Source: Azolla caroliniana (taxonomy: Eukaryota > Plantae > Polypodiophyta). Taken from it: a stretch of DNA of 64,000 bases. Every line of letters starts with the position of its first letter. The first letter of the stretch is position 1. Positions 12,501 through 23,604 of this stretch are shown piece by piece. The DNA lies in the NCBI GenBank assembly GCA_043228905.1, contig JBHGNT010000012.1, positions 11,656,001 through 11,720,000 on the forward strand, written 5' to 3'. The notes below the pieces were generated by a model that was given only the letters and a program-made list of their open reading frames with translations, was not told where the DNA came from and searched no databases. The translations under genes were made by a program, and so were the position numbers.

Positions 12501-13050
12501 GGTCCCCAACTTGCCAAGCTTGAGGGGGAGTACAAGCGAAAACCAGATACCGTCCGAACCGGATATGAGCCGGATGTACTAGATATCGTCTGAACCCGAT
12601 ATGAGCTGAAGTGGACATCAACCGAAGTAGCCGACCAAAGTTGAGCTTGAGGGGGTGTGTTGAGAATCAAGTTCATCCTAGTCTAGTGTGTGAACACACC
12701 CTTGAGAGTGTGCACTCAAAGGTCAAAAGTCACCACTCTTATCTACACATTAACTATGTGTCATAGAATCATATTCTATGACACATAAATAAGGAGTTTT
12801 CACATTCCCCATGACCCATGAACTTCGGTAGTTAATGAAGAGAGAGAGTGACTATATAAAGTACTCTCCTCCTGCTTTGTAATTAGTTCGGTTAATCTCC
12901 TTTGTAATATACATCTTCTTGAGTATTCTATTGTTTTTTCAAATCTATCTATCTCGTGTTTCTCTCTCTCTCTCTCTCATACACACACACACTCACAACA
13001 CATATCTCTAGTCTATTCTGCTGCACAAGAATCACCATCAATTCTTTACA
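9552..13050 (+). mobile_element. Ty1/Copia element, 3' part (GAG-pre-integrase, INT, RT, RH; PPT; 3' LTR 12658-13050)
   Basis: LWHKRIGH..C..C, VHSDVWGP, YKARLVAKGY, QMDVKNAFL, YVDDL, YCDN..H.RT.HI; stops at 10867 and 12067. PPT TTGAGGGGGTG, then LTR TGTTGAG...TTTACA. Confidence 0.92.
9619..12582 (+). pseudogene. pol: Copia pol (integrase, RT, RNase H)
   Basis: ORFs 9619-10869, 11035-12069 and 12202-12582 are in one frame, separated by nonsense codons. Confidence 0.92.
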
Positions 13051-13134
13051 TATAAGAAGTGCTCACTTAGCACTTTGTGATGTGTTGGGATTTCGGTCCC
13101 TCCGGATGGGATGTCCGGAGATGAATGACGGCAA

Positions 13135-13332
13135 GACCGGTTGCGGTTACGGAACCGGATGATGACGAAGACCCGGCTACGGAGCCGGATGCTGAAGACA
13201 CCGGTTACGGAGCCGGATGACGAAGACCCGGCTACGGAGCCGGATGCTGAAGACCCCGGTTACGGAGCCGGATGACGAAGACCCGGCTACGGAGCCGGAT
13301 GTTGAAGACCCCGGTTACGGAGCCGGATGACG
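13135..13332 (+). repeat. ~27-28 bp tandem repeat (x~7) in LTR U3; second copy ~17958-18155
   Basis: Unit GAAGAC(C)CCGG(C/T)TACGGAGCCGGATG(AC/CT/TT). Confidence 0.9.
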
Positions 13333-13821
13333 CATGTACCCGGAGAGAGATCCGGATGCGGGGACATATTTGTGAATATGTTTGCCAAGGGCCCTCGAGG
13401 CTATATTTGTAAATAGCCCGAAAGTCATATGTGTATAAATATGACTTAGGGCAAACAGTTTATATGTTGTTGCTCATTCTTATGCGAAGTGAGAGCAGCC
13501 GAGAGAGAGAGAGAGAGAGAGAGACGAAGAGGTCGTTGCCTCTGTGTAGTACCGCCGCCTGTGGCGAAGACAGTGAGCTCAAGGTTGTTGCCTTGAAGCC
13601 TCACCATTGTACATCCCTGTTCATAGTGATAGTTGGAGTTTGAGGACTCCCGTGGTTTTTTCCCATTTAGGGTTTTCCACGTAAAATATCTAGTGTACCT
13701 TTCTCTCTATTGTCCTCGTGCACTTTGTATTTCCCGTTTTCTGTGAGTTGATCCTATTCCTCGGTTGTGGCCGAGCACTGTTTTTCGACAAACTGGTATC
13801 AGAGCGACGGTAACACAGAAA

Positions 13822-16800
13822 ATGGAAGGCGGCGGCAGCGGGCAGCCAGGGATGATGGTGCTGAATGCGCAGAACTACGCCGACTGGAAGATAAAGATGG
13901 AGGACCTGCTCATTGTTCGGGATCTGTATGAACCGATCGACAGGTCGGAAATACCCAAGGGGGTACTTGAGACGGAATGGAGGCTTCTGAACCGGAAAGC
14001 CGTTGCAACCATTCGGCAATACGTCGACGTGAGCGTTCTACAACATGTGGCGAACGACACCAACGCATATGAGATGTGGCGGAAGCTGTCGGGCCTCTAT
14101 GAGAGGAAGAATGCGTTGAACCGGACCTCCTTGATGAGGAAGATAGTGAATCTCAAGTACCGGGACGGCGAGAGTATGGTGGAACACGTAAGCACGTTCA
14201 TGGGATTCGTGAATCAGCTTGCGGCGATCAAGTTCCCGCTGGAGGATGCAATGCAAGCAATCATTCTGATGTGTACATTGCCGGAAAGCTGGGAGAACTT
14301 GGTGGTGACTCTCAGCACCTCCTGCACGGAAGATAACTTGTCCCTACAAACGGTAAAGACAAGTATCTTGAACGAAGAAGCGCGTCGGAGAGATAAAGAA
14401 CCGGCCTCCGACCCGAAGGCGCTGCTTACCGAATCGGATCGGGGAAGACAATGGAACCGGAGTCCGCAAAGACGGGAGAAGTCGGGGACCCGGTCGCAGT
14501 CAAGAGGAAGACCCACATGCTTCCACTGTGGGAAGCCGGGGCACTTCCGTAAGAATTGTCGGCATTACCGAAAAGATAACGGAGCCGACGACACCGATTC
14601 GAAGAAGTCACCGGAGAGAAATGGTGCATACCGGGGAGCCACGGACCGGAGAGGTCCGGATCGGCGAGGGCAGGACCGGAAAGGAACGACGGCACTCGCG
14701 GCAAGTGAAGAAGAGATAATGCTCATTACTGAAGAGAAGGAGCTGAATCTTGCCGGTGTAGAGATGACCTGGGTGGTCGATTCCGGAGCGTCGTTCCACC
14801 TGACCCCGGAGAAGAAATACTTCTCATCCTACACAGCCGGTGAGCATGGCTCTGTCCGGATGGGAAATGAAGGCACATGCCGGATTGCCGGCATAGGAGA
14901 CGTGTGGCTGATGACATCAACTGGATGCAAGATGCTGCTGAAAGATGTACGACACGTTCCGGAAGTTCGATTGAACCTGATTTCGGCCGGGAGGCTAGAC
15001 GATGAAGGCTACACGGGTAGCATCCGGAACGGTGTCATGAAGTTCAGCAAGGGGAACCTGATAGTGGCTCGGGCCCGGAAAGTCAACACACTGTACCTGA
15101 TGAATGCCCGGTTGTGTCCGGAAGAGTTGAACGTGGCAGCCGACACTGCCGGTGAGCTGTGGCACAAAAGACTGTGCCACATGAGTGAGAAGGGGATGAA
15201 GAGGCTTGCAGAAGACAACCTCATTCCAGTGAAGCGTGTGCACCTGGAGAAGTGCACCGATTGCCTGGCCGGTAAGCAGAACTGAACCTCCTTCCATTCA
15301 AGGCCACCGACGAGACGTAGCGCACCATTGGAGTTGGTGCACACTGACGTGTGCCAAGTAGAAACGAAGTCACATGGCGGAGCCCAGTACTTCGTAACAT
15401 TCATAGATGACCATAGCCGGAAGCTGTGGACGGCACCGTTGAAGACAAAGGACCAAGTGTTGTGCGTCTTCAAAGAACTCCACGCGAGAGTGGAAAGGGA
15501 ATCCGGCAAGAAGCTGAAAGCGATACGAGCGGATAACGGAGGGGAATACCGGGGGCAGTTCGCGGAGTACTGTCGCTCGAAGGGAATCCGGCTCGAGTTT
15601 ACTGTGCCGAAGACGCCGGAACTGAACGGGCTGGCCGAGAGGATGAACCGGACCATAATGGAGAGGGTCCGGAGTATGCTGGCGCATGCGGAATTACCCA
15701 AGGGGTTTTGGGCTGAGGCGATGTCGACGGCGACATACGTGATAAACAGATCACCCTCAGTACCTTTGGACGGAGACACGCCGCAGAGAGTGTGGACCGG
15801 TAGGGAAGTATCCTACCGGCACCTGAAGGTGTTCGGGTGTCTCGCATATGTGCATGTGGCAAAGGACCGGAGAGGAAAGCTAGACCCAAAGACCCGGCCA
15901 TGCATATTCCTCGGTTACGGCGATGACGAGTTCGGCTACCGAGTATGGGACCCGGTCGACAAGAAGATATTCCGGAGTCGCGATATCATCTTCATGGAGG
16001 ACAAGACACTCGCCGACTGGGAGTCGGAGAAGAAGATGAAGAGCTCCAAGTCGTCCGGTGAGAATCAACTCTACGAGGAGCAGTCCCGACCGGCAAGGGA
16101 CCGGTTAGCACTCGAGGACCCGGCCGAAGACGGTGAAGAAACAGAACCGGCCGAGGAAGATGAAACTGATACCGGAACTGGCCACGATCCCGAAATGGAT
16201 TCGGATGAAGAGGAAACGGAGGAGCCGGTTACCGAAGCTCCGGAACGAAGATATCCTCTAAGAGAGAGAAGGGCCCCCCGGAGATTTCCGGAACCAGAGC
16301 ACGTGCTGCTAACCGACGAGGGGGAGCCAGAGAGCTTTGAAGAAGCAAAGCATGACACCCATAGCCGCAGGTGGTTAAGTGCCATGCAGGAGGAGATGGA
16401 TTCCCTGCATGAGAACCACACATATGAACTTGTGGAGTTGCCGAAAGGAAAACGGGCACTCCGTAACAAGTGGGTGTTCAAGCTGAAACCGGGAGATGCC
16501 GGAAACCCCCCGAGATACAAAGCCAGGATCGTGGTGAAGGGGTTCCAGCAGAAGAAGGGCGTCGACTTCGACGAGATATTTGCCCCGGTAGTGAAGATGA
16601 CCTCCATCCGGACGGTGCTGAGCATAGCGGCAAGCATGGACCTCGAGGTAGAACAGATGGACGTGAAGACGGCATTCCTTCATGGTGACCTCGAAGAAGA
16701 GATCTACATGCAGCAACCGGAAGGATTCGAGAAGAAAGGGAAGGAGCACCTGGTATGCCGGTTGAAGAAGAGCCTTTACGGACTGAAGCAGGCTCCCCGG

Positions 16801-17895
16801 CAATGGTACCGGAAGTTCGACTCTTTCATGACCAACGAAGGGTACCACAAAACGCAGTCCGATCACTGCGTGTTTGTGAAGAAGTTCGAAGGAGGAGACT
16901 TTCTAATACTCCTCCTGTACGTGGACGACATGTTGATCGTCGGACGAGACCAGGTCAAGATACGGATGCTGAAGAAGGCTCTTCACCGAACCTTCTCAAT
17001 GAAGGACCTGGGCCCGGGGAGGCAAATACTAGGGATGCACATCATCCGGGACCGGAAGAAGAAGCAGTTGTGGCTGTCACAGGAGAAGTACGTGACAAAG
17101 GTGCTTCACCGGTTCAACATGTCGGAAGCAAGACCGGTCGGGTCAACACTCCCGGCAAACTGCAAGTTGTCCAGCCAGCAAAGCCCCAAGACAAAGGCTG
17201 AGAAGGAGGACATGATGAAAGTACCATATGCCTCTGCCGTCGGAAGCTTGATGTACGCAATGGTGTGTACAAGACCGGACATTGGATACGCAGTCGGAGT
17301 GGTGAGCCGGTACATGAGCAACCCCGGCAAAGAGCATTGGAACGCGGCCAAGTGGATACTCCGATACCTGAAGGGCACGGCAAACGTGTGCCTCCGATTC
17401 GGCTCCGGTAAGCCCGAACTCGACGGCTTCACCGATTCGGATATGTCGGCTGATGCAGATACCAGCCGGTCCACATCAGGGTATGTGATGACGTATGCAG
17501 GGGGAGCTGTTTCATGGCAGTCGAGGCTGCAGAAGACGGTGGCGTTGTCAACCACGGAGGCGGAGTACATAGCGGCTGTTGAAGCCGGCAAGGAAATAAT
17601 ATGGATGAAGGACTTCATTAAAGAGCTCGGTATCCGGCAGGAGGAGTATCGACTCTACTGCGACAGTCAGAGTGCCATCCACCTTGCGAAGAATGCGGCC
17701 TATCACTCCCAGACGAAGCACATCCAGCGTAGATACCACTGGATCCGGGAAAGGATAGAAGACAAGGAGTTCGTGCTGACGAAGATCCACACGGACGAGA
17801 ACGGGTCGGATATGCTGACCAAGGTACTTACACCCGACAAGCTGGAAGCATGCCGGAAGAGGATCGGATTGGAGAGACATCCCATGCCGAAGTGA
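13822..17895 (+). CDS. gag-pol: Copia gag-pol polyprotein with one in-frame TGA at 15283-15285
   Basis: ORFs 13765-15285 and 15328-17895 share a frame. CFHCGKPGHFRKNC zinc knuckle, WVVDSGAS protease, LVHTDVC integrase, YVDDML RT, TDSD..YCDSQSA RNase H. Confidence 0.95.
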
Positions 17896-18901
17896 AGGGG
17901 GAGTTTGTTGGGATTTCGGTCCCTCCGGATGGGATGTCCGGAGATGAATGACGGCAAGACCGGTTGCGGTTACGGAACCGGATGATGACGAAGACCCGGC
18001 TACGGAGCCGGATGCTGAAGTCACCGGTTACGGAGCCGGATGACGAAGACCCGGCTACGGAGCCGGATGCTGAAGACCCCGGTTACGGAGCCGGATGACG
18101 AAGACCCGGCTACGGAGCCGGATGTTGAAGACCCCGGTTACGGAGCCGGATGACGCATGTACCCGGAGAGAGATCCGGATGCGGGGACATATTTGTGAAT
18201 ATGTTTGCCAAGGGCCCTCGAGGCTATATTTGTAAATAGCCCGAAAGTCATATGTGTATAAATATGACTTAGGGCAAACAGTTTATATGTTGTTGCTCAT
18301 TCTTATGCGAAGTGAGAGCAGCCGAGAGAGAGAGAGAGAGAGAGACGAAGAGGTCGTTGCCTCTGTGTAGTACCGCCGCCTGTGGCGAAGACAGTGAGCT
18401 CAAGGTTGTTGCCTTGAAGCCTCACCATTGTACATCCTTGTTCATAGTGATAGTTGGAGTTTGAGGACTCCCGTGGTTTTTTCCCATTTAGGGTTTTCCA
18501 CGTAAAATATCTAGTGTACCTTTCTCTCTATTGTCCTCGTGCACTTTGTATTTCCCGTTTTCTGTGAGTTGATCCTATTCCTCGGTTGTGGCCGAGCACT
18601 GTTTTTCGACATGATGTACATAGTATTATTATTTTGAATGGATATTTTGTTGTCTGTTGACTGTCTTTCTCTTCTACTCTCTACTCCATTCTCTATGTAT
18701 ACCTAACTACATACGGTTGTTTGGTTGAATCGAACTCAACTTCCCATAGAAACAGTGTTCACACTAGCCAGTGGACATCATACTAGGCTAGATTTGTAAT
18801 TAGTAGAAAGGTCACTTGCCCTAGATTAGTTGGTATTTGAACCCACTTTTGTAACTTAGTTACTCTTGGATGTAATTCTATTTTTACTTATATAGCTTCT
18901 T

Positions 18902-18962
<61 letters not shown>

Positions 18963-18965
<3 letters not shown>

Positions 18966-21885
18966 CTTTGGTGACATGAATGCTCATACAAGAAGTTTCC
19001 AACTTGATTCGCAAGAATCTTTCATGCCACATATCTCAAGAATGCAAGAGGATATGCAAATGTATAGCTACTCTTCTTGCGATGAAAAAGATCCAGACCA
19101 ATTTGGGAAGTTACTCCTACAAATGTGCAATAGTACCGGATTGCTTATTGCAAATGGTATTTCCTTATGGCCCAACACTGATGCTTTTACATGTAGAAAA
19201 CACAATGGAAATAGTGTGATTGACTATGTGCTACTTTCCGAAGGTATTTTGGATCGTATACATAAATTCTCACTTGGTGAATGGACACCGGAATCCAATC
19301 ATAGGTCTTTATGTATTGATCTCAAATGTATGCATAGGTTTGATTATGAGAAGGCAATTGAAGATAATAAACAACCGCACTTGATCATGAACCTTAAGCG
19401 AGCGCTCATGTATTCCAAGATGGTTGAGGATATCTTACAAATGACAAAGATACAACATGGTGCCACACTAGAAGGCAAATGGGAAGCTTTCAAGAAAGTC
19501 ATTCTCTCTTGTACAAACAAACGTTTTTTGACCAACCGCACATCTTGGAAATGCAGCAAGAAACTTAGGAAAAACTAGTTTGATAAAGAATGTTGTGAAG
19601 CTCAAAAGTGTCTTATGGTTTTGGATGTAGTTAAGAATAAAGAGAATTACCAAAAGCATTTGCATGAGTATAAAAGGCTTATTCAAAGAAAGAGAAGAAT
19701 ATGGGAAGTTAGTCGACAATTTATCCAAACGCAAGAGAAAGCACATGCATGTGCCAAATTTTGGGGAAATCTAAAGGGGAAACGTGTTGAGAGTTATGGT
19801 GACTTAACTCTTCACGACTTGTCTATGCATTGCAAGAATTTATATGAGTTATCTCTTGCCGGAAAGATGATGTGTTATGGTTCTCTTTCACATATGTCTC
19901 CCTTCTTTACAATTGAAGATATATGCATAGGACTTTAGAAATGAGCCTCTCGAAAGGCAAGCGATCTTCAATGTATAAAGGCTAAAATGCTCAAATGGAC
20001 GGGAAAGGAAGCACATGTATGGATAAATGATATGTTTAATGATGCACTGCAACAAGGTATGTCATACGATTGGACTATAAATTGGATCAAACCTTTACAT
20101 AAAGGTGGAGATGTAAATAATGTAAACAACTATCGAACCATCATGGTTGGCTCATTAATGGCAAAACTGTTTGGATGTATAATGGAATCAAAGATAAGTG
20201 TATGGGCTGAAAAAAATGGTAAGAGAGCTTATGGACAAGCTAGCTTTCGAAAACACCATAGCACCATTGATCACCTTGTCACCTTTCGAGTATTAATGGA
20301 GGAAAGTCGCCTTAGAGGTAAAGGTTTATATTGTTGCTTTGTAGAATTCAAGAAAGCTTTTGATATGGTACCTCGTGAGCATCTTTGGAGGTGAATGGAA
20401 GAACTTGAGGTGCCAAGTGAATATATGCTTGCAATTTCCCAAATTTATGAGAAGGTTATATGTTGTGTGCGCATGAGAGATAAACTTTCATATTTTCTCA
20501 AAATCACTATTGGTGTTAAGAAAGGATGCCCACTCTCACCAACACTATTTGGTCTATGTATTGATGAATTGGAAGAAATGGTTACCAAGTTTGCAAAGGA
20601 AGAATGTGTTGAAGAAGTTGTCATTGGGAATGTTGTGATTATGCTTTTGCTATATGCAGATGATGTAGTGCTTTTTGCAAATAATTTAGGAGATGCATAA
20701 AAGCGAAGGCATTGGAAAAAATTTGCATTCATACTAAATAAAGTGTCAATAGCTCTAAAACAAAGATTAATGCTTGTGAAGAGCCAAAAAAGAGATAAAC
20801 CATGCATTATGTACAACAATGAGCCATTTGAATGTCTGGAAAGCTTCAAATATCTTGGCCTTGAAGTTCCTTCAAATCATAGATGGAATGAATGTGCTAC
20901 ACGCCGCTTAGAGGCGGGTAAGCAAGCATACTATGCATTTGAGAACACATGCAATCTTGGAGATATTAAGTGTTGGGGTGGACACTTTGGTGACACCAGT
21001 TCTTCTCTATGGGGTGGAAGTATGGGGCGGTAGCATCCCTAAATCTATGTGGAAAGAGTTTGAAAATGTCCAAAAACATTTTCTTACAAAGTTTCTACAA
21101 GTTAAGAAACAAACGCCCTACACTCTCCTCCTCCTTGAGACGGGATCGCTTCCCATTGAGAACATGGCCATGGAAAGGATTGTTGAATACATGCTTAAGG
21201 TTCAAAAAAGTCTCTTACATCGACTTCCTAGAATTGCATGGGAAGCAAGCAAAAAGATCCAAAAGACGCATAAAAGCAAAATTTTGTGTTCTGGTTGGAT
21301 GCAAGATATAGAAAAATGGTTTGGTAGATGGATGCGAGACACTTGCTTCATGATTCATCATTAGATTCCTCTATAAATTAGGCCTTTTTGCAATGCCAAT
21401 GTATCATGACATGGGACAAATGTGGAGGCTCACGCTTCACACATTATACTACACATGTTGCACCTAACTACAAAACCATATTCTTTGCGGAACGGGGAAA
21501 TCGTACACATCGATACATGTTAGAGCCCATACCCTTATTTGCCATTTGAACCATTGCTTCCATGCGATGTGATACAGGGCGTTGGGGCACACGTGATGAG
21601 AGTGGTTGGCATGCACACTTTGCTCTAAACAAGTTCGCGAGTCTGAGTATCACACTTTGATACAATGCTCTACCTTTGATCATATTCGACCATGCTTTCC
21701 ACATCTCTTCGACCAAGCCCAATACTTGCATGAATTCCTCTCACAACCACAATGTGCACTCTCGATTGCAACATTCATCGGTAAATTTCTTGAACATCGA
21801 GATTCACTACTCACTTTCACACGTATCACATGAAATGTAATATTTTTGGTCTCATAGGTCATATTTGACCTCCGAATATGATAAT

Positions 21886-21890
<5 letters not shown>
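18963..21890 (+). mobile_element. 5'-truncated non-LTR retrotransposon (LINE; AP endonuclease + RT, RTE/RTEX-like), degenerate
   Basis: FGDMNA, SVIDY and ESNH endonuclease motifs; NNYRTI, CFVEFKKAFD, GCPLSPTLF, LLYADD and FKYLG RT motifs; C-terminal CTLC..H..C. Flanked by (CT)n on both sides. Confidence 0.9.
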
Positions 21891-21970
<80 letters not shown>

Positions 21971-23022
21971 CCTTACGTGTACTCACACACACATAGAGTT
22001 CGCTTCCGTTGCATAGCACCACCTACGTCTCTCCTTCTTTACATGGTATCAGAGCTTGTGGTTGTCTAATCAAACTCACTCAACTGTGTTGTGATCACAA
22101 CACCAACTATCATCAAAACCAGTTCAAGCAATGGAGAAAGAAATCGGCATCATGAATACTCAGATGGGAAGTGCTCTTCCTATGGAGAAGCTCGACAGGG
22201 CAAACTTTGCATCTTGGGAATACAAGATGCATCAATACCTTGTCAGACAAGGTTACAAGGGCTATATCGAAGGAGCTCATGAAACACAACCCAACCCAAC
22301 ACATGTCGACTACCCAACGTGGGAGCAAGCGGTAAGCCAATGTTGTATTGCCTTGCATCATGCATACATGATCACATGCTCATCTATATTCGAGAGTCAA
22401 AAACGCCAAAAGAAGCTTGGGGCAATCTCAAGAAGATTTTTGTGGCCAATACGGCTGCATGAAAGCTCCAACTCCGACAAGAGTTGAATGACATGCAATG
22501 GAGGTATGTGTCGATCACTAGCGATACCTTGAAGATCAAGGAGTTGTGTGATGCCCTCGGATCGATCAACTTCATCATCGATGATGACGAGGTGGTGCAA
22601 ATATGCCTCAGTGGCTTGGCACCTCGATTCAGTACAATTAGATTAGCCATTCTCGCAAGGGAGAATCCACCTTCCTTTTTCAATCTTCAGTCGATACTAT
22701 TGGTGGAGAAAATCATGTCCGACAAAGGAGCAATGCACCTGATGGTCAGATGCTCTACTCCCATTCAGGTAATAGAAGAGGATTTAGCCGGGGAAATAGA
22801 GGTCAATTCAACCGAGGGTGACAGAGTCAACCGGCCCGAGAATGCAACTCCTACCAATGCCAAGATGGTAGGAGAAATCCTAGAGAGTTCGGTAGAAGGG
22901 GGAGCCCTCCTGCTGAACTGATCCATCTCAATAACCCAATCGAATGCGGGTACTGTAGAAAACTCGACCACTACGAAGAGGACTACCAAAAGAAGCAATG
23001 AGAATCAGCCTCGACTATCCAA

Positions 23023-23604
23023 CAACTCACTAACTATGCTTCAAATTACAACTACAACGATTGTGGCGGAATGTTCATGATGAGGCACAAAGCGCATTCA
23101 ATGTCAACACAAGGTGAGACAAACACCTCTCCTTTAGATAATGTATGGTTTGTCAACTCGAGAACATCCAATCATATGACGTCCCACGAAGATTGGTTCC
23201 AACAATTACGAAAGTCCAACTCACTAACTATGCTTCAAATTACAACTACAACAATTGTGGCGGAATGTTCATGATGAGGCACAAAGTGCATTCAATGTCG
23301 ACACAAGGTGAGACAAACACCTCTCCTTTAGATAATGTATGGTTTGTCAACTCGAGAACATTCAATCATATGACGTCCCACGAAGATTGGTTCCAACAAT
23401 TACGAAAGTCCAACTCACTAACTATGCTTCAAATTACAACTACAACGATTGTGGCGGAATGTTCATGATGAGGCACAAAGCGCATTCAATGTCGACACAA
23501 GGTGAGACAAACACCTCTCCTTTAGATAATGTATGGTTTGTCAACTCGAGAACATCCAATCATATGACGTCCCACGAAGATTGGTTCCAATAATTACGAA
23601 AGTC
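23023..23604 (+). repeat. Tandem triplication of a 194-bp unit over the Copia protease start
   Basis: Units start at 23023, 23217 and 23411 (CAACTCACTAACTATG...) and are near identical. Confidence 0.95.

Larger units (their letters stand above)
13083..18611 (+). mobile_element. Full-length, very young Ty1/Copia (Tork/Tnt1-like) LTR retrotransposon
   Basis: LTRs 13083-13790 and 17906-18611 (TG...CA; by eye 2 substitutions plus one GA unit difference). TSD TGATG at 13078-13082 and 18612-18616. PBS TGGTATCAGAGC (tRNA-iMet) 13794-13805. PPT TGAAGGGGGAGTT before the 3' LTR. Confidence 0.98.

Noticed and set aside
13135-13332. Regular short repeats resembling a CRISPR array
   Set aside because: No unique spacers, no cas genes, eukaryotic context; it is an LTR tandem repeat.
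15009-17618. Long antisense ORFs (e.g. 15009-15779, 16071-16637)
   Set aside because: Shadows of the GC-rich gag-pol frame with no recognisable motifs.
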